DNA of 64,000 nucleotides, from the NCBI GenBank assembly GCA_030390025.1, contig CM059438.1, positions 58,778,001 to 58,842,000 of the forward strand. Reading direction: 5' to 3'. Position numbers and translations under genes: made by a program. Positions 48,001 to 63,000 of the stretch are shown here, one piece after another; positions within the stretch are counted from its first letter, which is position 1; the number at the start of each line of letters is the position of its first letter. Below the pieces are notes generated by a model. That model was not told where the DNA came from. It did no database searches and saw only the letters and a list, made by a program, of their open reading frames with translations. The stretch comes from Squalus acanthias (lineage: Eukaryota).

Positions 48001-51000
48001 CGGCCCCAGTGAGTATCAAACTGTCCCCGGCCCCAGAGGATCAAACTGTCCCCGGCCCCAGTGAGTATCAAACTGTCCCAGGCCGGGCCCCAGTGAGTAT
48101 CAAACTGTCCCGGGCCCCAGTGAGTATCAAACTGTCCCCGGCCCCAGTGAGTATCAAACTGTCCCCGGCCCCAGTGAGTCTCAAACTGTCCCGGCCCCAG
48201 TGAATATCAAACTGTCCCCGGCCTCAGTGAGTATCAAACTGTCCCCGACCCCACTGAGTATATAACTGTCCCCGGCCCCAGTGAGTATCAAACTGTCCCA
48301 GGCCCCAGTGAGTATCAAAGTGTCCCAGGCCCCAGTGAGTATCAAACTGTCCCGTGCCCCAGTGAGTATCAAACTGTCCCGTGCCCCAGTGAGTATCAAA
48401 CTGTCCCCGGCCCCAGTGAGTATCAAACTGTCCCAGGCCCCAGTGAAGATCAAACTGTCCCAGGCCCCAGTGAGTATCAAACTGTCCCCGGCCCCAGTGA
48501 GTATCAAACTGTCCCAGGCCCCAGTGAGTATCAAACTGTCCCAGGCCCCAGTGAGTATCAAACTGTCCCAGGCCCCAGTGAGTATCAAACTGTCCCAGGC
48601 CCCAGTGAGTATCAAACTGTCCCGTGCCCCAGTGAGTATCAAACTGTCCCGTGCCCCAGTGAGTATCAAACTGTCCCCGGCCCCAGTGAGTATCAAACTG
48701 TCCCAGGCCCCAGTGAAGATCAAACTGTCCCAGGCCCCAGTGAGTATCAAACTGTCCCAGGCCCCAGTGAGTATCAAACTGTCCCAAAGCCCCAGTGAGG
48801 ATCAAACTGTCCCCGGCCCCAGTGAGTATCCAGCTGTCCCAGGCCCCAGTGAGGATCAAACTGTCCCAGGCCCCAGTGAGGATCAAACTGTCCCCGGCCC
48901 CAGTGAGTATCAAACTGTCCCCGGCCCCAGTGAGTATCAAACTGTCCCCGGCCCCAGTGAGTATCAAACTGTCCCCGGCCCCAGTGAGTATCAAACTGTC
49001 CTAGGCCCCAGTGAGTATCAAACTGTCCAAGGCCCCAGTTAGTATCAAACTGTCCCCGGCCCCAGTGAGTATCAAACTGTCCTAGGCCCCATTGAGTATC
49101 AAACTGTCCCAGGCCCCAGTGAGTATCAAACTGTCCTAGGCCCCAGTGAGTATCAAACTGTCCCCGGCCCCAGTGAGTATCAAACTGTCCTAGGCCCCAG
49201 TGAGTATCAAACAGTCCTAGGTCCCAGTGAGTATCAAACTGTCCCCGGCCCCAGTGAGTATCAAACTGTCCTAGGCCCCAGTGAGTATCAAACTGTCCCA
49301 GGCCCCAGTGAGTATCAAACTGTCCCCGGCCCTAGTGAGTATCAAACTGTCCTAGGCCCCAGTGAGTATCAACCTGTCCCCGGCCCGTGAGTATCAAACT
49401 GTCCTAGGCCCTAGTGAGTATCAAACTGTCCCAGGCCCCAGTGAGTATCAAACTGTCCCCGGCCCCAGTGAGTATCCAGCTGTCCCCGGCCCCAGTGAGT
49501 ATCAAACTGTCCCAGGCCGCAGTGAGTATCAAACTGTCCCCAGCCCCAGTGAGTATCAAACTGTCCCAAAGCCCCAGTGAGGATCAAACTGTCCCCGGCC
49601 CCAGTGAGTATCAAACTGTCCCCGGCCCCAGTGAGTATCAAACTGTCCCAGGCCCCAGTGAGTATCAAACTGTCCTAGGCCCCAGTGAGTATCAAACTGT
49701 CCCCGGCCCCAGTGAGTATCAAACTGTCCCCGGCCCCAGTGAGTATCAAACTGTCCTAGGCCCCAGTGAGTATCAAACTGTCCCCGGCCCCAGTGAGTAT
49801 CAAACTGTCCTAGGCCCCAGTGAGTATCAAACTGTCCCAGGCCCCAGTGAGTATCAAACTGTCCCCGGCCCCATTGAGTATCAAACTGTCTCGGGCCCCA
49901 GTGAAGATCAAACTGTCCCGGGCCCCAGTGAGTATCAAATGGTCCCCGGCCCCAGCAAGGATCAAACTGTCCCAGGCCCCAGCGAGGATCAAACTATCCC
50001 GGGCCCCAATGAGGATCAAACTGTCCCCGGCCCCAGTGAGTATCAAACTGTCCCCGGCCCCAGAGCATCAAACTGTCCCCGGCCCCAGTGAGTATCAAAC
50101 TGTCCCAGGCCGGGCCCCAGTGAGTATCAAACTGTCCCGGGCCCCAGTGAGTATCAAACTGTCCCCGGCCCCAGTGAGTATCAAACTGTCCCTGGCCCCA
50201 GTGAGTCTCAAACTGTCCCGGCCCCAGTGAATATCAAACTGTCCCCGGTACCAGTGAGTATCAAACTGTCCCGTGCCCCAGTGAGTATCAAACTGTCCCC
50301 GGCCCCAGTGTGTATCAAACTGTCCCAGGCCCCAGTGAAGATCAAACTGTCCCAGGCCCCAATGAGTATCAAACTGTCCCAGGCCCCAGTGAGTATCAAA
50401 CTGTCCCAAAGCCCCAGTGAGGATCAAACTGTCCCGGGCCCCAGTGAGTATCAAACTGTCCCAGGCCCCAGTGAGGATCAAACTGTCCCAGGCCCCAGTG
50501 AGGATCAAACTGTCCCAGGCCCCAATGAGTATCAAACTGTCCCAGGCCCCAGTGAGTATCAAACTGTCCCAAAGCCCCAGTGAGGATCAAACTGTCCCGG
50601 GCCCCAGTGAGTATCAAACTGTCCCAGGCCCCAGTGAGGATCAAACTGTCCCAGGCCCCAGTGAGGATCAAACTGTCCCAGGCCCCAGTGAGTATCAAAC
50701 TGTCCCGTGCCCCAGTGCGTATCAAACTGTCCCCGGCCCCAGTGAGTATCAAACTGTCCCAGGCCCCAGTGAAGATCAAACTGTCCCAGGCCCCAGTGAA
50801 GATCAAACTGTCCCAGGCCCCAGTGAGTATCAAACTGTCCCAGGCCCCAGTGAGTCTCAAACTGTCCCGGCCCCAGTGAGTATCAGACTGTCCCAGGCCA
50901 GAGTGAGTATCAAACTGTCCCGGGCCCCAGTGATGATCAAACTGTCCCGGAACCAGTGATGATCAAACTGTCCCAGGCCGGGCCCCAGTGAGTATCAAAC

Positions 51001-54000
51001 TGTCCCGGGCCCCAGTGATGATCAAACTGTCCACAGCCCCAGTGAGTATCAAACTGTCCCCGGCCCCAGGGAGGATCAAACTGTCCCGGGCCCCAGTGAG
51101 TTTCAAACAGTCCCCGGCCCCAGTGAGTATCAAACTGTCCCGGGCCCCAGTGAGTATCAAACAGTCCCCGGCCCCAGTGAGCATCAAACTGTCCCAGGCC
51201 CCAGTGAGGATCAAACTGTCCCTGGCCCCAGTGAGCATCCAGCTGTCCCAGGGCCCAGTGAGTATCAAACTGTCCCAGGCCCCAGTGAGTATCAAACTGT
51301 CCCCGGCCCCAGTGAGTATCAAACTGTCCCAGGCCTCAGTGAGGATCAAACTGTCCCCGGCCCCAGTGAGTATCAAACTGTCCCCGGCCCCAGAGGATCA
51401 AACTGTCTCCGGCCCCAGTGAGTATCAAACTGTCCCAGGCTGGGCCCCAGTGAGTATCAAACTGTCCCGGGCCCCAGTGAGTATCAAACTGTCCCGGGCC
51501 CCAGTGAGTATCAAACAGTCCCCGGCCCCAGTGAGCTTCAAACTGTCCCAGGCCCCAGTGAGGATCAAACTGTCCCTGGCCCCAGTGAGCATCCAGCTGT
51601 CCCAGGGCCCAGTGAGTATCAAACTGTCCCAGGCCCCAGTGAGTATCAAACTGTCCCCGGCCCCAGTGAGTATCAAACTGTCCCAGGCCTCAGTGAGGAT
51701 CAAACTGTCCCCGGCCCCAGTGAGTATCAAACTGTCCCCGGCCCCAGAGGATCAAACTGTCCCCGGCCCCAGTGAGTATCAAACTGTCCCAGGCCGGGCC
51801 CCAGTGAGTATCAAACTGTCCCGGGCCCCAGTGAGTATCAAACTGTCCCCGGCCCCAGTGAGTATCAAACTGTCCCCGGCCCCAGTGAGTCTCAAACTGT
51901 CCCGGCCCCAGTGAATATCAAACTGTCCCCGGCCTCAGTGAGTATCAAACTGTCCCCGACCCCACTGAGTATATAACTGTCCCCGGCCCCAGTGAGTATC
52001 AAACTGTCCCAGGCCCCAGTGAGTATCAAAGTGTCCCAGGCCCCAGTGAGTATCAAACTGTCCCGTGCCCCAGTGAGTATCAAACTGTCCCGTGCCCCAG
52101 TGAGTATCAAACTGTCCCCGGCCCCAGTGAGTATCAAACTGTCCCAGGCCCCAGTGAAGATCAAACTGTCCCAGGCCCCAGTGAGTATCAAACTGTCCCC
52201 GGCCCCAGTGAGTATCAAACTGTCCCAGGCCCCAGTGAGTATCAAACTGTCCCAGGCCCCAGTGAGTATCAAACTGTCCCAGGCCCCAGTGAGTATCAAA
52301 CTGTCCCAGGCCCCAGTGAGTATCAAACTGTCCCGTGCCCCAGTGAGTATCAAACTGTCCCGTGCCCCAGTGAGTATCAAACTGTCCCCGGCCCCAGTGA
52401 GTATCAAACTGTCCCAGGCCCCAGTGAAGATCAAACTGTCCCAGGCCCCAGTGAGTATCAAACTGTCCCAGGCCCCAGTGAGTATCAAACTGTCCCAAAG
52501 CCCCAGTGAGGATCAAACTGTCCCCGGCCCCAGTGAGTATCCAGCTGTCCCAGGCCCCAGTGAGGATCAAACTGTCCCAGGCCCCAGTGAGGATCAAACT
52601 GTCCCCGGCCCCAGTGAGTATCAAACTGTCCCCGGCCCCAGTGAGTATCAAACTGTCCCCGGCCCCAGTGAGTATCAAACTGTCCCCGGCCCCAGTGAGT
52701 ATCAAACTGTCCTAGGCCCCAGTGAGTATCAAACTGTCCAAGGCCCCAGTTAGTATCAAACTGTCCCCGGCCCCAGTGAGTATCAAACTGTCCTAGGCCC
52801 CATTGAGTATCAAACTGTCCCAGGCCCCAGTGAGTATCAAACTGTCCTAGGCCCCAGTGAGTATCAAACTGTCCCCGGCCCCAGTGAGTATCAAACTGTC
52901 CTAGGCCCCAGTGAGTATCAAACAGTCCTAGGTCCCAGTGAGTATCAAACTGTCCCCGGCCCCAGTGAGTATCAAACTGTCCTAGGCCCCAGTGAAGATC
53001 AAACTGTCCCAGGCCCCAGTGAGTATCAACCTGTCCCCGGCCCCAGTGAGTATCAAACTGTCCTAGGCCCTAGTGAGTATCAAACTGTCCCAGGCCCCAG
53101 TGAGTATCAAACTGTCCCCGGCCCCAGTGAGTATCCAGCTGTCCCCGGCCCCAGTGAGTATCAAACTGTCCCAGGCCCCAGTGAGTATCAAACTGTCCCC
53201 AGCCCCAGTGAGTATCAAACTGTCCCAAAGCCCAGTGAGGATCAAACTGTCCCCGGCCCCAGTGAGTATCAAACTGTCCCCGGCCCCAGTGAGTATCAAA
53301 CTGTCCCAGGCCCCAGTGAGTATCAAACTGTCCTAGGCCCCAGTGAGTATCAAACTGTCCCCGGCCCCAGTGAGTATCAAACTGTCCCCGGCCCCAGTGA
53401 GTATCAAACTGTCCTAGGCCCCAGTGAGTATCAAACTGTCCCCGGCCCCAGTGAGTATCAAACTGTCCTAGGCCCCAGTGAGTATCAAACTGTCCCAGGC
53501 CCCAGTGAGTATCAAACTGTCCCCGGCCCCATTGAGTATCAAACTGTCTCGGGCCCCAGTGAAGATCAAACTGTCCCGGGCCCCAGTGAGTATCAAATGG
53601 TCCCCGGCCCCAGCAAGGATCAAACTGTCCCAGGCCCCAGCGAGGATCAAACTATCCCGGGCCCCAATGAGGATCAAACTGTCCCCGGCCCCAGTGAGTA
53701 TCAAACTGTCCCCGGCCCCAGAGCATCAAACTGTCCCCGGCCCCAGTGAGTATCAAACTGTCCCAGGCCGGGCCCCAGTGAGTATCAAACTGTCCCGGGC
53801 CCCAGTGAGTATCAAACTGTCCCCGGCCCCAGTGAGTATCAAACTGTCCCTGGCCCCAGTGAGTCTCAAACTGTCCCGGCCCCAGTGAATATCAAACTGT
53901 CCCCGGTACCAGTGAGTATCAAACTGTCCCGTGCCCCAGTGAGTATCAAACTGTCCCCGGCCCCAGTGTGTATCAAACTGTCCCAGGCCCCAGTGAAGAT

Positions 54001-57000
54001 CAAACTGTCCCAGGCCCCAATGAGTATCAAACTGTCCCAGGCCCCAGTGAGTATCAAACTGTCCCAAAGCCCCAGTGAGGATCAAACTGTCCCGGGCCCC
54101 AGTGAGTATCAAACTGTCCCAGGCCCCAGTGAGGATCAAACTGTCCCAGGCCCCAGTGAGGATCAAACTGTCCCAGGCCCCAGTGAGTATCAAACTGTCC
54201 CGTGCCCCAGTGCGTATCAAACTGTCCCCGGCCCCAGTGAGTATCAAACTGTCCCAGGCCCCAGTGAAGATCAAACTGTCCCAGGCCCCAGTGAAGATCA
54301 AACTGTCCCAGGCCCCAGTGAGTATCAAACTGTCCCAAAGCCCCAGTGAGTCTCAAACTGTCCCGGCCCCAGTGAGTATCAGACTGTCCCAGGCCAGAGT
54401 GAGTATCAAACTGTCCCGGGCCCCAGTGATGATCAAACTGTCCCGGACCCAGTGATGATCAAACTGTCCCAGGCCGGGCCCCAGTGAGTATCAAACTGTC
54501 CCGGGCCCCAGTGAGTATCAAACTGTCCCAGGCCCCAGTGAGTATCAAACTGTCCCAAAGCCCCAGTGAGTCTCAAACTGTCCCGGCCCCAGTGAGTATC
54601 AGACTGTCCCAGGCCAGAGTGAGTATCAAACTGTCCCGGGCCCCAGTGATGATCAAACTGTCCCGGACCCAGTGATGATCAAACTTTCCCAGGCCGGGCC
54701 CCAGTGAGTATCAAACTGTCCCGGGCCCCAGTAATGATCAAACTGTCCACAGCCCCAGTGAGTATCAAACTGTCCCCGGCCCCAGGGAGGATCAAACTGT
54801 CCCGGGCCCCAGTGAGTTTCAAACAGTCCCCGGCCCCAGTGAGTATCAAACTGTCCCGGGCCCCAGTGAGTATCAAACAGTCCCCGGCCCCAGTGAGCTT
54901 CAAACTGTCCCAGGCCCCAGTGAGGATCAAACTGTCCCTGGCCCCAGTGAGCATCCAGCTGTCCCAGGGCCCAGTGAGTATCAAACTGTCCCAGGCCCCA
55001 GTGAGTATCAAACTGTCCCCGGCCCCAGTGAGTATCAAACTGTCCCAGGCCTCAGTGAGGATCAAACTGTCCCCGGCCCCAGTGAGTATCAAACTGTCCC
55101 CGGCCCCAGAGGATCAAACTGTCCCCGGCCCCAGTGAGTATCAAACTGTCCCAGGCCGGGCCCCAGTGAGTATCAAACTGTCCCGGGCCCCAGTGAGTAT
55201 CAAACTGTCCCCGGCCCCAGTGAGTATCAAACTGTCCCCGGCCCCAGTGAGTCTCAAACTGTCCCGGCCCCAGTGAATATCAAACTGTCCCCGGCCTCAG
55301 TGAGTATCAAACTGTCCCCGACCCCACTGAGTATATAACTGTCCCCGGCCCCAGTGAGTATCAAACTGTCCCAGGCCCCAGTGAGTATCAAAGTGTCCCA
55401 GGCCCCAGTGAGTATCAAACTGTCCCGTGCCCCAGTGAGTATCAAACTGTCCCGTGCCCCAGTGAGTATCAAACTGTCCCCGGCCCCAGTGAGTATCAAA
55501 CTGTCCCAGGCCCCAGTGAAGATCAAACTGTCCCAGGCCCCAGTGAGTATCAAACTGTCCCCGGCCCCAGTGAGTATCAAACTGTCCCAGGCCCCAGTGA
55601 GTATCAAACTGTCCCAGGCCCCAGTGAGTATCAAACTGTCCCAGGCCCCAGTGAGTATCAAACTGTCCCGTGCCCCAGTGAGTATCAAACTGTCCCGTGC
55701 CCCAGTGAGTATCAAACTGTCCCCGGCCCCAGTGAGTATCAAACTGTCCCAGGCCCCAGTGAGTATCAAACTGTCCTAGGCCCCAGTGAGTATCAAACTG
55801 TCCCCGGCCCCAGTGAGTATCAAACTGTCCCCGGCCCCAGTGCGTATCAAACTGTCCTAGGCCCCAGTGAGTATCAAACTGTCCCCGGCCCCAGTGAGTA
55901 TCAAACTGTCCTAGGCCCCAGTGAGTATCAAACTGTCCCAGGCCCCAGTGAGTATCAAACTGTCCCCGGCCCCATTGAGTATCAAACTGTCTCGGGCCCC
56001 AGTGAAGATCAAACTGTCCCGGGCCCCAGTGAGTATCAAATGGTCCCCGGCCCCAGCAAGGATCAAACTGTCCCAGGCCCCAGCGAGGATCAAACTATCC
56101 CGGGCCCCAATGAGGATCAAACTGTCCCCGGCCCCAGTGAGTATCAAACTGTCCCCGGCCCCAGAGCATCAAACTGTCCCCGGCCCCAGTGAGTATCAAA
56201 CTGTCCCAGGCCGGGCCCCAGTGAGTATCAAACTGTCCCGGGCCCCAGTGAGTATCAAACTGTCCCCGGCCCCAGTGAGTATCAAACTGTCCCTGGCCCC
56301 AGTGAGTCTCAAACTGTCCCGGCCCCAGTGAATATCAAACTGTCCCCGGTACCAGTGAGTATCAAACTGTCCCGTGCCCCAGTGAGTATCAAACTGTCCC
56401 CGGCCCCAGTGTGTATCAAACTGTCCCAGGCCCCAGTGAAGATCAAACTGTCCCAGGCCCCAATGAGTATCAAACTGTCCCAGGCCCCAGTGAGTATCAA
56501 ACTGTCCCAAAGCCCCAGTGAGGATCAAACTGTCCCGGGCCCCAGTGAGTATCAAACTGTCCCAGGCCCCAGTGAGGATCAAACTGTCCCAGGCCCCAGT
56601 GAGGATCAAACTGTCCCAGGCCCCAGTGAGTATCAAACTGTCCCGTGCCCCAGTGCGTATCAAACTGTCCCCGGCCCCAGTGAGTATCAAACTGTCCCAG
56701 GCCCCAGTGAAGATCAAACTGTCCCAGGCCCCAGTGAAGATCAAACTGTCCCAGGCCCCAGTGAGTATCAAACTGTCCCAAAGCCCCAGTGAGTCTCAAA
56801 CTGTCCCGGCCCCAGTGAGTATCAGACTGTCCCAGGCCAGAGTGAGTATCAAACTGTCCCGGGCCCCAGTGATGATCAAACTGTCCCGGACCCAGTGATG
56901 ATCAAACTGTCCCAGGCCGGGCCCCAGTGAGTATCAAACTGTCCCGGGCCCCAGTGAGTATCAAACTGTCCCCGGCCCCAGTGAGTATCAAACTGTCCCA

Positions 57001-60000
57001 AAGCCCCAGTGAGTCTCAAACTGTCCCGGCCCCAGTGAGTATCAGACTGTCCCAGGCCAGAGTGAGTATCAAACTGTCCCGGGCCCCAGTGATGATCAAA
57101 CTGTCCCGGACCCAGTGATGATCAAACTGTCCCAGGCCGGGCCCCAGTGAGTATCAAACTGTCCCGGGCCCCAGTGATGATCAAACTGTCCACAGCCCCA
57201 GTGAGTATCAAACTGTCCCCGGCCCCAGGGAGGATCAAACTGTCCCGGGCCCCAGTGAGTTTCAAACAGTCCCCGGCCCCAGTGAGTATCAAACTGTCCC
57301 GGGCCCCAGTGAGTATCAAACAGTCCCCGGCCCCAGTGAGCTTCAAACTGTCCCAGGCCCCAGTGAGGATCAAACTGTCCCTGGCCCCAGTGAGCATCCA
57401 GCTGTCCCAGGGCCCAGTGAGTATCAAACTGTCCCAGGCCCCAGTGAGTATCAAACTGTCCCCGGCCCCAGTGAGTATCAAACTGTCCCAGGCCTCAGTG
57501 AGGATCAAACTGTCCCCGGCCCCAGTGAGTATCAAACTGTCCCCGGCCCCAGAGGATCAAACTGTCCCCGGCCCCAGTGAGTATCAAACTGTCCCAGGCC
57601 GGGCCCCAGTGAGTATCAAACTGTCCCGGGCCCCAGTGAGTATCAAACTGTCCCCGGCCCCAGTGAGTATCAAACTGTCCCCGGCCCCAGTGAGTCTCAA
57701 ACTGTCTCGGGCCCCAGTGAAGATCAAACTGTCCCGGGCCCCAGTGAGTATCAAATGGTCCCCGGCCCCAGCAAGGATCAAACTGTCCCAGGCCCCAGCG
57801 AGGATCAAACTATCCCGGGCCCCAATGAGGATCAAACTGTCCCCGGCCCCAGTGAGTATCAAACTGTCCCCGGCCCCAGAGCATCAAACTGTCCCCGGCC
57901 CCAGTGAGTATCAAACTGTCCCAGGCCGGGCCCCAGTGAGTATCAAACTGTCCCGGGCCCCAGTGAGTATCAAACTGTCCCCGGCCCCAGTGAGTATCAA
58001 ACTGTCCCTGGCCCCAGTGAGTCTCAAACTGTCCCGGCCCCAGTGAATATCAAACTGTCCCCGGTACCAGTGAGTATCAAACTGTCCCGTGCCCCAGTGA
58101 GTATCAAACTGTCCCCGGCCCCAGTGTGTATCAAACTGTCCCAGGCCCCAGTGAAGATCAAACTGTCCCAGGCCCCAATGAGTATCAAACTGTCCCAGGC
58201 CCCAGTGAGTATCAAACTGTCCCAAAGCCCCAGTGAGGATCAAACTGTCCCGGGCCCCAGTGAGTATCAAACTGTCCCAGGCCCCAGTGAGGATCAAACT
58301 GTCCCAGGCCCCAGTGAGGATCAAACTGTCCCAGGCCCCAGTGAGTATCAAACTGTCCCGTGCCCCAGTGCGTATCAAACTGTCCCCGGCCCCAGTGAGT
58401 ATCAAACTGTCCCAGGCCCCAGTGAAGATCAAACTGTCCCAGGCCCCAGTGAAGATCAAACTGTCCCAGGCCCCAGTGAGTATCAAACTGTCCCAAAGCC
58501 CCAGTGAGTCTCAAACTGTCCCGGCCCCAGTGAGTATCAGACTGTCCCAGGCCAGAGTGAGTATCAAACTGTCCCGGGCCCCAGTGATGATCAAACTGTC
58601 CCGGACCCAGTGATGATCAAACTGTCCCAGGCCGGGCCCCAGTGAGTATCAAACTGTCCCGGGCCCCAGTGAGTATCAAACTGTCCCAGGCCCCAGTGAG
58701 TATCAAACTGTCCCAAAGCCCCAGTGAGTCTCAAACTGTCCCGGCCCCAGTGAGTATCAGACTGTCCCAGGCCAGAGTGAGTATCAAACTGTCCCGGGCC
58801 CCAGTGATGATCAAACTGTCCCGGACCCAGTGATGATCAAACTGTCCCAGGCCGGGCCCCAGTGAGTATCAAACTGTCCCGGGCCCCAGTGATGATCAAA
58901 CTGTCCACAGCCCCAGTGAGTATCAAACTGTCCCCGGCCCCAGGGAGGATCAAACTGTCCCGGGCCCCAGTGAGTTTCAAACAGTCCCCGGCCCCAGTGA
59001 GTATCAAACTGTCCCGGGCCCCAGTGAGTATCAAACAGTCCCCGGCCCCAGTGAGCTTCAAACTGTCCCAGGCTCCAGTGAGGATCAAACTGTCCCTGGC
59101 CCCAGTGAGCATCCAGCTGTCCCAGGGCCCAGTGAGTATCAAACTGTCCCAGGCCCCAGTGAGTATCAAACTGTCCCCGGCCCCAGTGAGTATCAAACTG
59201 TCCCAGGCCTCAGTGAGGATCAAACTGTCCCCGGCCCCAGTGAGTATCAAACTGTCCCCGGCCCCAGAGGATCAAACTGTCCCCGGCCCCAGTGAGTATC
59301 AAACTGTCCCAGGCCGGGCCCCAGTGAGTATCAAACTGTCCCGGGCCCCAGTGAGTATCAAACTGTCCCCGGCCCCAGTGAGTATCAAACTGTCCCCGGC
59401 CCCAGTGAGTCTCAAACTGTCCCGGCCCCAGTGAATATCAAACTGTCCCCGGCCTCAGTGAGTATCAAACTGTCCCCGACCCCACTGAGTATATAACTGT
59501 CCCCGGCCCCAGTGAGTATCAAACTGTCCCAGGCCCCAGTGAGTATCAAAGTGTCCCAGGCCCCAGTGAGTATCAAACTGTCCCGTGCCCCAGTGAGTAT
59601 CAAACTGTCCCGTGCCCCAGTGAGTATCAAACTGTCCCCGGCCCCAGTGAGTATCAAACTGTCCCAGGCCCCAGTGAAGATCAAACTGTCCCAGGCCCCA
59701 GTGAGTATCAAACTGTCCCCGGCCCCAGTGAGTATCAAACTGTCCCAGGCCCCAGTGAGTATCAAACTGTCCCAGGCCCCAGTGAGTATCAAACTGTCCC
59801 AGGCCCCAGTGAGTATCAAACTGTCCCAGGCCCCAGTGAGTATCAAACTGTCCCGTGCCCCAGTGAGTATCAAACTGTCCCGTGCCCCAGTGAGTATCAA
59901 ACTGTCCCCGGCCCCAGTGAGTATCAAACTGTCCCAGGCCCCAGTGAAGATCAAACTGTCCCAGGCCCCAGTGAGTATCAAACTGTCCCAGGCCCCAGTG

Positions 60001-63000
60001 AGTATCAAACTGTCCCAAAGCCCCAGTGAGGATCAAACTGTCCCCGGCCCCAGTGAGTATCCAGCTGTCCCAGGCCCCAGTGAGGATCAAACTGTCCCAG
60101 GCCCCAGTGAGGATCAAACTGTCCCCGGCCCCAGTGAGTATCAAACTGTCCCCGGCCCCAGTGAGTATCAAACTGTCCCCGGCCCCAGTGTGTATCAAAC
60201 TGTCCCCGGCCCCAGTGAGTATCAAACTGTCCTAGGCCCCAGTGAGTATCAAACTGTCCAAGGCCCCAGTTAGTATCAAACTGTCCCCGGCCCCAGTGAG
60301 TATCAAACTGTCCTAGGCCCCATTGAGTATCAAACTGTCCCAGGCCCCAGTGAGTATCAAACTGTCCTAGGCCCCAGTGAGTATCAAACTGTCCCCGGCC
60401 CCAGTGAGTATCAAACTGTCCTAGGCCCCAGTGAGTATCAAACAGTCCTAGGTCCCAGTGAGTATCAAACTGTCCCCGGCCCCAGTGAGTATCAAACTGT
60501 CCTAGGCCCCAGTGAGTATCAAACTGTCCCAGGCCCCAGTGAGTATCAAACTGTCCCCGGCCCCAGTGAGTATCAAACTGTCCTAGGCCCCAGTGAGTAT
60601 CAACCTGTCCCCGGCCCCAGTGAGTATCAAACTGTCCTAGGCCCTAGTGAGTATCAAACTGTCCCAGGCCCCAGTGAGTATCAAACTGTCCCCGGCCCCA
60701 GTGAGTATCCAGCTGTCCCCGGCCCCAGTGAGTATCAAACTGTCCCAGGCCCCAGTGAGTATCAAACTGTCCCCAGCCCCAGTGAGTATCAAACTGTCCC
60801 AAAGCCCCAGTGAGGATCAAACTGTCCCCGGCCCCAGTGAGTATCAAACTGTCCCCGGCCCCAGTGAGTATCAAACTGTCCCAGGCCCCAGTGAGTATCA
60901 AACTGTCCTAGGCCCCAGTGAGTATCAAACTGTCCCCGGCCCCAGTGAGTATCAAACTGTCCCCGGCCCCAGTGAGTATCAAACTGTCCTAGGCCCCAGT
61001 GAGTATCAAACTGTCCCCGGCCCCAGTGAGTATCAAACTGTCCTAGGCCCCAGTGAGTATCAAACTGTCCCAGGCCCCAGTGAGTATCAAACTGTCCCCG
61101 GCCCCATTGAGTATCAAACTGTCTCGGGCCCCAGTGAAGATCAAACTGTCCCGGGCCCCAGTGAGTATCAAATGGTCCCCGGCCCCAGCAAGGATCAAAC
61201 TGTCCCAGGCCCCAGCGAGGATCAAACTATCCCGGGCCCCAATGAGGATCAAACTGTCCCCGGCCCCAGTGAGTATCAAACTGTCCCCGGCCCCAGAGCA
61301 TCAAACTGTCCCCGGCCCCAGTGAGTATCAAACTGTCCCAGGCCGGGCCCCAGTGAGTATCAAACTGTCCCGGGCCCCAGTGAGTATCAAACTGTCCCCG
61401 GCCCCAGTGAGTATCAAACTGTCCCTGGCCCCAGTGAGTCTCAAACTGTCCCGGCCCCAGTGAATATCAAACTGTCCCCGGTACCAGTGAGTATCAAACT
61501 GTCCCGTGCCCCAGTGAGTATCAAACTGTCCCCGGCCCCAGTGTGTATCAAACTGTCCCAGGCCCCAGTGAAGATCAAACTGTCCCAGGCCCCAATGAGT
61601 ATCAAACTGTCCCAGGCCCCAGTGAGTATCAAACTGTCCCAAAGCCCCAGTGAGGATCAAACTGTCCCGGGCCCCAGTGAGTATCAAACTGTCCCAGGCC
61701 CCAGTGAGGATCAAACTGTCCCAGGCCCCAGTGAGGATCAAACTGTCCCAGGCCCCAGTGAGTATCAAACTGTCCCGTGCCCCAGTGCGTATCAAACTGT
61801 CCCCGGCCCCAGTGAGTATCAAACTGTCCCAGGCCCCAGTGAAGATCAAACTGTCCCAGGCCCCAGTGAAGATCAAACTGTCCCAGGCCCCAGTGAGTAT
61901 CAAACTGTCCCAAAGCCCCAGTGAGTCTCAAACTGTCCCGGCCCCAGTGAGTATCAGACTGTCCCAGGCCAGAGTGAGTATCAAACTGTCCCGGGCCCCA
62001 GTGATGATCAAACTGTCCCGGACCCAGTGATGATCAAACTGTCCCAGGCCGGGCCCCAGTGAGTATCAAACTGTCCCGGGCCCCAGTGATGATCAAACTG
62101 TCCACAGCCCCAGTGAGTATCAAACTGTCCCCGGCCCCAGGGAGGATCAAACTGTCCCGGGCCCCAGTGAGTTTCAAACAGTCCCCGGCCCCAGTGAGTA
62201 TCAAACTGTCCCGGGCCCCAGTGAGTATCAAACAGTCCCCGGCCCCAGTGAGCATCAAACAGTCCCAGGCCCCAGTGAGGATCAAACTGTCCCTGGCCCC
62301 AGTGAGCATCCAGCTGTCCCAGGGCCCAGTGAGTATCAAACTGTCCCAAAGCCCCAGTGAGGATCAAACTGTCCCCGGCCCCAGTGAGTATCCAGCTGTC
62401 CCAGGCCCCAGTGAGGATCAAACTGTCCCAGGCCCCAGTGAGGATCAAACTGTCCCCGGCCCCAGTGAGGATCAAACTGTCCCCGGCCCCAGTGAGTATC
62501 AAACTGTCCCCGGCCCCAGTGAGTATCAAACTGTCCCCGGCCCCAGTGAGTATCAAACTGTCCCCGGCCCCAGTGAGTATCAAACTGTCCTAGGCCCCAG
62601 TGAGTATCAAACTGTCCAAGGCCCCAGTTAGTATCAAACTGTCCCCGGCCCCAGTGAGTATCAAACTGTCCTAGGCCCCATTGAGTATCAAACTGTCCCA
62701 GGCCCCAGTGAGTATCAAACTGTCCTAGGCCCCAGTGAGTATCAAACTGTCCCCGGCCCCAGTGAGTATCAAACTGTCCTAGGCCCCAGTGAGTATCAAA
62801 CAGTCCTAGGTCCCAGTGAGTATCAAACTGTCCCCGGCCCCAGTGAGTATCAAACTGTCCTAGGCCCCAGTGAGTATCAAACTGTCCCAGGCCCCAGTGA
62901 GTATCAAACTGTCCCCGGCCCCAGTGAGTATCAAACTGTCCTAGGCCCCAGTGAGTATCAACCTGTCCCCGGCCCCAGTGAGTATCAAACTGTCCTAGGC